In this document: piece by piece, positions 13,345 to 22,948 of the stretch
Position numbering within the stretch: the stretch's first letter is position 1
Layout: the number at the start of each line of letters is the position of its first letter
The notes under the pieces: model-generated
Told to the model about the DNA's origin: nothing
What the model saw: only the letters and a program-made list of their open reading frames with translations
The model's database searches: none
DNA from: Hemiscyllium ocellatum
Lineage: Eukaryota
Assembly: GCF_020745735.1 (NCBI RefSeq)
Contig: NW_026867529.1
Span: 1-64,000 of the forward strand
Direction of reading: 5' to 3'
DNA length: 64,000 bases
Translations under genes and position numbers: made by a program

Positions 13345-14350
13345 CCCTATTGGCACTCAGGAGACTGCCCCACCAACATGGCTATCACAGCATCCAATCC
13401 TGGCCACCAAACATAAATTCTTATCAACATCCTAATTTTGGAAATCACAGGACGACCCTGCTGGAGCTGAAGAAGGGCTTATGCCTGAAACGTCGATTCT
13501 CCTGCTCCTTTGATGCTGTCTGACCTGCTGCGCTTTTCCAGCAACACATTTTTCAGCCTTGCTCCCCATATTAGTATGCAGTTTTCAGTGGCCATCTGAT
13601 CTCACCAGATCCACAAACGATTCAATCCTGCTTATGATGATCTTTTCGTTTCTAACACTGCAGTTGTTTCTTTTTTCTCACCAGTACGGGACCTTGTTCT
13701 AATCGGAGATTGTCAGAGATGACTGGAAGGGTGTGCAGAAAGTTTAAAACCAGAACAGACTTTTCCAGTGTATCCATCATTGGGAGTTGGCTTCAGGCAT
13801 TAACCACTTGACCGCCTGCTTGGTGTTCCAACTTGTAATTGTATGCAGTTAATAACAGCTAACGGCTGAATTTGACCAGAACCTAGAAGTGGGATGGCCC
13901 TGTCCTCTTCAGCTCATCTTAACAAGTGTTTGGGTCCATTACTCTTTCAAATGTATGCATAGAAAGGTATTGACTGAACTTTCTCACACAAAGATTCCTG
14001 CCAAACTTTGTTTCTCTATGCGATGCATCTTCATTTGGCATCAGCTGAAGTCTGGGAAACGTACACTAATCGGACAGTCCTCCCTGTTGAGCCATCGGTG
14101 AGCCAGACACTGGTACAGTATCGGAACGCTGCACATGTCAGCGACACATCTCACTGGGGATTATTCTTTGCCAAGACTTTAAACAATGAAATCCGTGTTT
14201 TCACTTGCCAAAAGGCTACTTCTTGGCAACGTCACTATTTGTAAGGCTATCCCTTTCTGAATAGCATACCTAAGCTGCCAAAATGGAGGCTCGGTCATTT
14301 TCCGTAACAATTCACTAACCCAAGGAAAGATCAAAGCTCAGATGCTGACA
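13345..14350 (-). mobile_element. Gypsy/Ty3 pol remnant (array copy 3)
   Basis: Colinear with 80-1070 and 7090-8060. Confidence 0.7.
13467..13494 (+). ncRNA. Minimal type I hammerhead ribozyme motif
   Basis: CTGAAGA-A-GGGC TTAT GCCT-GAAAC-GTC at the 5' edge of a 91-bp Penelope-terminus insert (13467-13557). Duplicate at 62543-62570. Confidence 0.6.
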
Positions 14351-14354
14351 TGGG

Positions 14355-15110
14355 AACAGAGGAACCACAGGGAGGAGACAGTTGAGAAGGATTTTGGCAA
14401 TGATTGACGTAAGGGATATTCCCCAGTAGTTACCACAGTCAGACATGTTCCATTTCTTTGAAAATATTCATGGTTGTGGCATCTGGGAGCTCCCCTAGGA
14501 TATTCTACTCTGTCCAGACAGTCTTGTCAATTTCGTCCAAGGCTTGGGTATTGCTTATAAGTTTTGGTCTGCAGACTGCTATGTGGACAGTAGATGACAA
14601 TGACCTAGTTTTCACAGAGTCAGCTGCTTGAATGAGCAGTCAGGACTCCCTGATTGGACCAGATTCATAGCCCCAACTTGGGAAATTCTGTTCAATGATG
14701 TTCAGCTGGCTGACCTCGCTCCAATAATTACTTTCCTCCACCTCGAAGTCCTAAGATTTATGCCTATTCTTCTTCCTGTGGCATCTCCTGGGATGTTTTC
14801 CCAACAGGTCGGGTTCCTCAAACTCTGGCTTGGATAGTGCTGGCGCATACCAGACTGTGACTGCCTCTTGCCCCTGGAGCATCTGACCAGACATTCATCA
14901 TCGTCTGCCAGCAATGTTGTGACAGCTGCTGTGTCCATCTTTCCCCTCAGAGGTTTCTTCGACACTGGGAGGATGGGGAGAATTAACAGGTTTTGACAGC
15001 CTTGCCAGATATTCGGAGTGACCGGGTACAGTTTGCTCTTGGCCATTTGGAGAGGATGTGGTACTCTCTACATTGGTGGGACCAAACAAAGTAAAATAAG
15101 GGTCAGCCTG
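14355..15110 (-). mobile_element. RTE-clade LINE remnant
   Basis: Homologous to 5500-6330. Confidence 0.55.
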
Positions 15111-15121
15111 GCCCCTACTCA

Positions 15122-16710
15122 CCATCCATTTCAATTCCGCCTCCCACTCCCTCCCTTACACGTTAATTCTCGACCTCCATTGTCGCAGTGAATCAGGAGG
15201 AACACCGCATCTTCCACCTGGGCAGCCGACAGCCTGGAGAACTCAACACAGTTCTCCAATTTCAAATAACCTGCCCACCCATGCCCCAAATCCCCTTTCA
15301 CATTTATCCTTTTTGGTTGCAGGGTCCCAAGGCAGAATATGAGGCGTTTCTCCACCAGGTTTCGGCTGGTAATGGTTTAGCAGTGGAGAAGGCCCAGGAC
15401 CTGCATGCCCTTGATGGAGTGGGCGAGGGAGTTGAAGTGTACAGCCACGGGACGATGAGGTTGGTGCATGCAGGTGTCCCAGAGATGTTCTCTGAAACGA
15501 TCCGCAAGAAAACATCCTGTCTCCCTGATGTAGAGGAGACCACACCAGGTGCAACGGATGCAGTAGATGTTGCTGGTAGAGGTATAGTTAAATTTTTGAC
15601 AGATGTGGAAGAATCCCTCGGGGCCTTGGATGGAGGTGAGGGGAGTGGTGCGGCCATAGGTTTTGCACTTCCTGTGGTGGCAAGAAACAGTGCCAGGAGT
15701 GGGGTGTAGGCTAGTAGGGGACGTGGACCTGACGAGGGAGTCACGGAAGGAATGGTCTTTTTGGAAAGCTGATAGGGGTGGGGCGGGAAATATATTTCTG
15801 ATTGTGGGGTCCATTTGGAGGTCCATTAGTTCAGTGGGACAAGTGCAGGTTGAGACAATGGGTCGACCAGTGCAGTCAGGTTTGAGTGTCTTAGGAAGGA
15901 GGTGGAATCAGGCAGTGCAGGGTTCATGGACGTTTAGGTTAGAGTCTGTGGATGGGTGATCCCCAGAGATGATGAGATTGTGGATGGTCCGGGGGATAAT
16001 GGCTTGGTGATGGAAAGTGAGGTCGTGAGCAAGGGGGCGGTCGGAGGCGGAGTCTGCAAGTTGGTGCCTGGCTTCAGTAGTGTAGAGGTCAGTGCACCAC
16101 ACGACTACTACGAACCCCACCACCCCCCCACCCGCACGTTTGATGGTGAGGTTGGGGTTGGAGTGGAGGGAGTGGAGGACTGCATGTTGAGAGGGAAAGA
16201 GGTTGGAGTGAGTGAGGTGGTTGGACAAGTTGAGGCAGTCAATGTCATGGTAGCAGTTTGAAATGAAGAGGTCAAGCATAGATAACAGGCCAGCATGGGG
16301 TGTCCATGGATGTGGTGTGTTGAAGGCGGGACAAGGGGGTCCCCCGTGGATGTGCAGGTGTCTCGGTTAAAAAAAAGTCAATACAGAGGCGGAGGAAGAA
16401 ACACTCAAGATTGCAGCTTGTGTCGAACTCATTAAACTGGGACCGTAGAGGGATAAAGGTGAGGCCTTTACTGAGGACGACACATTCGTCCCTAGTGAGG
16501 GGAAGGTCTGGAGGAATGGTGAAGACACCGCAAGGATGGGAGCTAGGACCCCAACTACCTCCCTCTCTATCTGTAGCACCCCTTACCCCCACCCAGGTCC
16601 TGAAGAAGGGTTATACCTGAAACATTGACTTCTGCACCTCCCGATGCTGCCTGGTTTGCTGTGTTCTTCCAGCCTCCTGTTTGTCTACTTCAGATTCCAA
16701 CATCTACAGG
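15122..16710. mobile_element. Rearranged, internally deleted Penelope-like element (GIY-YIG)
   Basis: Minus strand: N-terminal LSKGLTFIPL (16272-16592), pre-RT region (15908-16279), GIY-YIG region IYCIRCTWCGLLYIRETG...RFREH...VAVHFNS (15377-15826). Plus-strand copy of the ORF end at 15122-15270 and plus-strand terminus at about 16550-16710. Confidence 0.88.
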
Positions 16711-17219
16711 GTTTGTTTTATATAAAAGTCTCTCGCTAGTCACTGAAGCAGTATAAATTGTAATTGCACGGTGGGGTCTATGGAATTTTTGGAGATGTGG
16801 CTGAAGCCAAGGGAATTTCCTGAAAAATTGAAAATTCTGTCAGGGTAATCTCTGTGCAACTGGAAACTTTAACTTTCAGAGGATTCTAACTTACTCAAGC
16901 TTAATAATTACACAACAAAAAGTTCCGAGTTGAAAAACGTGCTCCAACTGTTTGGTAATCGCGAAATCCACTTTATCTCTGGTCTCCAGAGCAACATTCC
17001 CATCCCACTCCCCCATTCCAACTCACACCCCCCACCCCATCCAGACTCCTTCACAACCCTCATCTGATCTGAACCCAACTCAACATCTTCCTCAGAGCCC
17101 ACACTGACCCTGACCTTCTCTCCCTCACACCCCACCGACTACACAATATTGTGCTGGTTGGAGTGGAAACCAGCCTCCCCCTTGCCCCCTCCTCAGGAGC
17201 TCACCCTGACATCTCACTG

Positions 17220-17480
17220 ACTGGAGCAGACACGTTTCCCTCGCGACCACACCCAGCCCTGATGACGTCACTCACCACGTTCCAGAACTTTCCGTTAAAC
17301 CGTGTAACCTTCCCGCTCTTGGCCAGAGCATGCGCAGTAGGTGGTGGCCTGGGAGGGAACATGCGCAGTAAATGCCTTCCCCCGCCTGCCGTTCCTTGCT
17401 GAGAGCCGGCAGTGGCAGCGGTTGTTGAGCGGCGCTGGGTTTAGGATTAAGTCGGTCAGTTATCAGGAGAACTCTGGTAA
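17220..17480 (+). promoter_or_regulatory. CpG-rich promoter-like island
   Basis: TGACGTCA at 17263-17270, CATGCGCAGTA twice (17329-17339, 17360-17370), GC box near 17380, possible donor CTG|GTaata at 17476/17477. Confidence 0.4.
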
Positions 17481-18213
17481 TAAGGGAGGTAATGGATTTA
17501 AAGAGTGGAGATCCCCGGGATTTGCTCGTTACCATCCGAGTGTGTTAAAGGAAATTCCCTCATTATAATCATTGCAGAATATTCTCGATCGGAAAATAAC
17601 ACCACTCCGAGGAAAACCAGGGACACACTGAGCAGTTAGTCTAAGTGTTGGAGTTTATCATCAGGGATGGGGTCACTGAATATCTTGTACATTTTTAAGT
17701 TAATCAATGAGCGTCATGACACGTAGGTCATGCCTGACAAACTTCTGAATTGTTTGACGAGATGACTGAGGTCGGACATGGCAATGTCAACAGAGGCAGT
17801 GCTCACATGGACTACCAGGAGGCATTTGATGAATCCCACATAATAGTCTTAGTCAGAAACCTATGAAATTGAAGGCAAATTACTGACATGGATGGATAAT
17901 GGATAGGAACTCAGATTTGGCAGGATGTGACCAGTGGTGTCCTGTTGGGATCTGTGTTTGGCTTCAGTTATTCACATTATTTATTGATTAATCGGACAAT
18001 GACACAATGGCCATATATCCAAATTTGCTGATGACACAATGTTAGGTATTCAAGGTTTGTGTAAAGATTTGTAGCTCAGGTGCCTTTTGCCATGGTTGTG
18101 GGTATGATCGCTGAGCTGGGAAGTTGATTTGCAGACATTTTTGTCTCCTATCTAGGTGACAGCTTCAATGCATATTAGATGGCACTATAGACATGTACAT
18201 CAGTGTACATGGT

Positions 18214-18528
18214 GGGCGGCACGGTGGCGCAGTGGTTAGCACTGCTGCCTCACAGCACCTGTAGACCCGGGTTCAATTCCCGACTCAGGTGACTGACTGT
18301 GTGGAGTTTGCACGTTCTCCCCGTGTCTGCGTGGGTTTCCTCCGGGTGCTCCGGTTTCCTCCCACAGTCCAAAGATGTGCAGGTCAGGTGAATTGGCCAA
18401 GCTAAATTGCCCGTAGTGTTAGGTAAGGGGTAAATGTAGGGGTATGGGTGGGTTGCGCTTCGGCGGGTCGGTGTGGACTTGTTGGGCGAAGGGCCTGTTT
18501 CCACACTGTAAGTCTAATCTAATCTAAT
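18214..18528 (+). mobile_element. Full-length tRNA-derived SINE (HE1-like)
   Basis: A box TGGCGCAGTGG, B box GGTTCAATTCCC, (CTAAT)n tail. Confidence 0.92.
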
Positions 18529-19664
18529 CAGCGTTTCTCAACCTTTCCCTATTCAAAGCCCCCTTCTTATCCTTGAAATCATGCAACGCCTCCCAAAAGT
18601 AAAGCTTGAGTTCACATATAGTACTTTCATCAATTTGTACGGCAGTTTCTTTCAATATCAAAAGGGAACATAATTTATCCTCAAGATTTGAGGCCATTTC
18701 ATCGATGTACCTTCTCACGGAAGGTGGAAGAAGAATATGCTTGATAGTCGTTGATAGTTCCTGATGTAGCACAGTTGATAATATTTTGGCAATAGCTGGA
18801 AGCACCAACAATTCACCCACGGAATGAGGTTTACCACATTTTGCAATTAGCTTCGCTATGTTGTATGATGCCACAAGGCCATCCACATTTGTGGCTCTGT
18901 CTTTGAAAAAGCAATGGAAATCGTTGGTTGTTGATTGAATTTATTCTTAATGCTTGAAAATATGCCAAATCTTCGTCCTTTTTGTCACTATTTCTTTTCC
19001 AAATGTTTAATAAGATAGGAAGGCTTCATGGCCTCGTTGGAAAAACTTTGTTCACAGACAGAGCAAGCACAGTGGTAATTGCTTATTAGATAGAGATTGA
19101 ATAAAGCCATATCACAAATAGTCCATACTATACTGCATGCTATACTCCACTTTTTCTTACTCAATGAGGCCATTTTTACACTGTCGCTCGAATACCCTAA
19201 TGGAATCATGGGTATTACCTTATCACAATTATTTTAAGACGCTCAGACAAGTGGCAAAATTTGATTGACTAATTAGCTGTAATGTGCATTCATTCTGCCA
19301 CCCGAGCAGAATGCCATCTTAGAAACGACACGAGTTAGGTGATATTGATCTCAGCAGTAGAATCAGTGCCAACTGCGAACGAGTTCAAATGGTTTGCTAT
19401 TCACGGAAAAGACTATCAATAATAGCTCAGGAACCAATCAGAGCGCACTCCTCCATGGGTGCAGGGAAAATAACAGACTCGTGTTATGCGACTGTCCATC
19501 TGCACCCAGCAATGTCCTTCAAGGACATGGCAGTCTTCCAAGTGATTGGTAAGCTCTCTACAAAGTCGTTCAGTGACCCCTTGCCGTCCCCTTTGACTTC
19601 AACGCCGACCGAAGGAAGGGAAACGCCCCTCAGGAGGCACTTCCACCCCCGTTGAGAAACACTG
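18529..19664 (-). mobile_element. hAT/Buster (Charlie-like) DNA transposon, internally deleted
   Basis: TIRs CAGCGTTTCTCAAC and GTTGAGAAACACTG (13/14 match), 8-bp TSD GTGTACAT (18203-18210, 19665-19672). Transposase pieces CSVCEQSFSNEAMKPSYLIKHL and ASYNIAKLIAKCGKPHSVGE...QIDEST. Confidence 0.88.
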
Positions 19665-20089
19665 GTGTACATGATGGCATAAAATTACAAGGGGATATTC
19701 ATAGACTAGGTGGACGGGCAAAACTGTGATAGAGAGAGTTCAGTGTGAGTGTGAGGTATCAATTTTGGACTGAAGGAGGATAGATCATGATGTTTTTCAA
19801 GATGGTATGAAGTTAAGTATAGTGGAAGTCCAAAGAGACTTTGGTTTTAGGTGAATAGATCTTTAAAATGCCATGAATAGATGCAGAAAAAATTATAATC
19901 AAACACATGCCAGCTTTTATAACGAGAGGAAGACAGTACAAGGATGCAGAAGTTACGCTGTGAGTATTCAAAACTGTTCGAACCTTACCTGGAGTACTGA
20001 GAACAGATTTGGGCATCAGGTCTTAGGAAGGATACATTGGCTTGTAGTGAGTACAAAATATGTTTACAAGAATGAGACTTGTAGTTTAT

Positions 20090-21690
20090 TCACTCATGGG
20101 ATGTGAGCTTTGTCGACTGGTGAGCACTTATTATCCCACCCGGGATGCCTTTGTGAAGACGGTGGTAGTATGCCTTCTTGAATTGCTGCAGTTGATGTTG
20201 CTGGTTCATCCATCATAAGGTCAGAAGTGGAGATGTTCACTGATGATTGTAGAGTGTTTGGAATTGGCGACTCCTCAGGTACTGAATAGTCCACGTTCAA
20301 ATGCAACAAGATCAGGACAATTTCCAGAATCAGGCTGACAAGTGACAAGTAATATTTACACTAAACAAATGCAGGGCTATAACCATTACCAATAAAGACA
20401 ATCTGACCATCATCCCCTGGTATTCAATTGTATTATCATCACCAAATCCCCAACTATCAACATCCTAGGCGTTACCATTGACCAGGAACTCAACTGGACT
20501 TGTCACACAAACACAGTGGCTATCGGAGCAGATCAGAGATTAGGAATCGTGTGGCAAGTAACTCAGGTTGTGACTCCCAAAGCCTGATCATTATCAATAT
20601 GGCACAAGTCCGGAGTCGGTTGGAGGGCAACTTGCCTGGATGAGTGCAGCTCCCACAATGCTGAGAAAGCTTGACATCATCCAGGACAGAACAGCCTGCT
20701 TCATTGGCTTTACATCCACTCCCTCTGCCACTTATGCTCAATAGCAGTAGTGTGTACTGTCAACAAGATGCACTGCAGAAATTCACCAGAGATCCTCAGA
20801 CATCACCTTCCAAAATCATGACCACTTCTATCTCAAAGGAGAAGAGCAGCACCATCACCTTCAAGTTCCCTTCTTAACGTCCACTTAACAGTCTGACTTG
20901 GAAATACATTGCCTTTTCTTCCTTGTCATTGGGTTAAAATCATGGAATTCCCTTCCTCATGTCAGTGTAGGTCAACCTACAACAGGTGAACTGCAGCGGT
21001 TCAAGAAGGCAACTCACCACCACCTCATCAACGACAACTAGGGACAGGCATAAAATGCTGGCCAGCCAGTGATGCCCACATACTACAAATGAATAAAAGG
21101 TCCATAAGCTGTTGGTGAATCCACAATGCACTTAGGGAAGAAATTCCAGGGTTTTGATCCAGTGACTGAACAAATAGTAATATTTTTCCAATCCTGGATG
21201 GCAAGTCGTTTGGAGGGGAACTTGCTGGTGTTGGTGTTCCCATGAATCTGCTGCCCTTGTCATTCTGGATGGAAGTGGTTTTACATGATGAATCATGTTA
21301 GGCACATATGAATTTGATTGTGATTGTTGGAGGCCAGTCACCTCAGCTCCAGGACGTGTCTTCAGGAGTTCCTCAGTGTAGTGTCTGAAGCCCAACCATC
21401 TTCAGCTGCACCATTAATGATGTTCCCTCGATTATAAGTGCAACTAAGGATCTTTGGTGAATTTGTGCAGTTCATGTTGTTGCAGTGTATCCTGGGTGCC
21501 TGGTATGACTTTACCCAGCAGAGAATTTGCCATCCACCCCTCATATTCCAGTTTTCCTACAGCTCCTTGATGCCACACACAATTGAACATGGTCTTGATG
21601 TCAAGGGCTATCACTTTGGCTTCACCTCCATGTTTGAACCAAGGTTGTAATGAGGTCAGGGACCTATGTGGCCCTAGTGAAACCCAAACT
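20090..21690. mobile_element. Decayed CR1/L2-group LINE fragments on both strands
   Basis: Degenerate MFxDDC RT motif near 20230 and LINE 3'-end-like segments in opposite orientations. Confidence 0.45.
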
Positions 21691-21719
21691 GGGCTTCATT
21701 GAGCGGATTATTACTTGAC

Positions 21720-22430
21720 ATTTTCTTGAGAATTTAGAAGGTTAAAGGATGATCTGATTAAGGTCTTTATGATATTACCAGGAAAAGACAGAGTAAATTA
21801 AGATAAACTATTTCTACTGATTGGGGATTCTAGAATTAGGGTACATCGTCTGAGAATTAGGGCCTGACCACTCAGGAGAGATGTTCAAAAGCACTTCTAC
21901 ATACAAGGTGGGAGATATTTAGAACTTTTTTCTCAAATGGCAGTGAATGTTAGATTAGTTGATTTTCAATCTGTGATAGGTAACATTTTGTTATGAAGGG
22001 AGCTTTGGCACTTAGGTGTAGATAGGCTATGGCTTATAACAATTAATACGATATTAACAAAATGCAAACTAACAATTTACACTATAAATCTAATGAACTG
22101 TCTTGTGCTTTAGCTTAACTCTAATTAACCTTAGGATGCTGACGTCAGCGTGTACAAGGGGGCATAACTACAAATTGAGGGTGATAGATTTAAAACAAAT
22201 GTCAGAGGCAGGTTCTTTACGCAGAGAGTGGTAAGGGTGTAGAATGCCCTACCTGCTAATGTAGTCAACTCAGCCACATTAGGGATTTAAACAATCCTTC
22301 GATAAGCACATGGATGATTTTGGGATAGTGGAACAAGCTGAGAGTAGTTCACAGGTCGGCGCAACATCGAGGGCCGAAAAGCCTGTTCTGCGCTGTATTG
22401 TTCTATGTTCTATGTTCTCTATGTTCTATA
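21720..22430 (+). mobile_element. CR1 3'-end remnants
   Basis: RGHNYKL/FFTQRVV-like segment and (TTCTATG)n tail ending near 22430. Confidence 0.75.
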
Positions 22431-22948
22431 ATCTACATGATGATGATCATCTAGTCATCTTCTCCTGCTAGTTTCAGGCGTGTCTTCACGTGGTTGGTCT
22501 CAGGTTACCGCTCCTGAGGATGGTCTTGCAATGATCCTTACACTTTGAGGATTCTCCCAAAAGGGTATAAAGACTTCAGCATCCACCAATACATTGATCA
22601 GGAAGCCATCTCTAAGTAAGGGCTAAGGCACCCCTGCGTATAGTTAACAGCTTAATTTTTCCAGTTGTCCTGGGGATGATATTCAGGTAAATTCAACTCA
22701 ATTGAAATTCAAGTGTATATTGTATTGTCTCCAGCTGCTGAGTCAATTGTATACTGTCTGTCTGTAGCTGCAGTCTCCCTAGATTCTGCACTTTTGGTTA
22801 AAGTTTGTCTCAATTTCCCAGCATGCCTCACTTATTGTCCATTTCTCATAAGTCCACCATTTTGAGTGGCCTGCCTGGCCACAAGGCCCTTCAGCTCTCC
22901 AAGTCTGCGCCAACTCATTTCGCCCTTCTATACTAAAACCGTCCTCAC

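Larger units (their letters stand above)
1..15120. repeat. Degenerate higher-order tandem array of fused TE fragments
   Basis: Gypsy anchors recur at about 112, 7108 and 13372 and at 982, 7973 and 14272. The aaatgaacagctc anchor recurs at about 2084, 3015, 4588, 9741 and 11686 with the same chimeric neighbours. Confidence 0.85.
17490..20090 (+). mobile_element. Old CR1 remnant split by later insertions (about 17490-18045 and 19665-20090)
   Basis: DKSPG-like and SKFADDT-like motifs; the frame GTIDSVHDGIKLQGDIHRL is interrupted at GTGTACAT by the hAT element. Confidence 0.65.

Noticed and set aside
14421-14430. CCCCAGTAGT (minus strand Y-W-G) as a J segment
   Set aside because: Lies within the repeated RTE fragment; no GxGT-VTV continuation or RSS.
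1-15120. CRISPR-like or prokaryotic repeat array
   Set aside because: Units are kilobase-scale, degenerate and derived from eukaryotic TEs; no short identical repeats with unique spacers.
15188-15744. ORFs of 173, 146 and 103 aa as genes
   Set aside because: Shadow or shifted frames of the Penelope GIY-YIG region.
18214-18290. tRNA gene
   Set aside because: A and B boxes belong to a SINE head; no complete cloverleaf.
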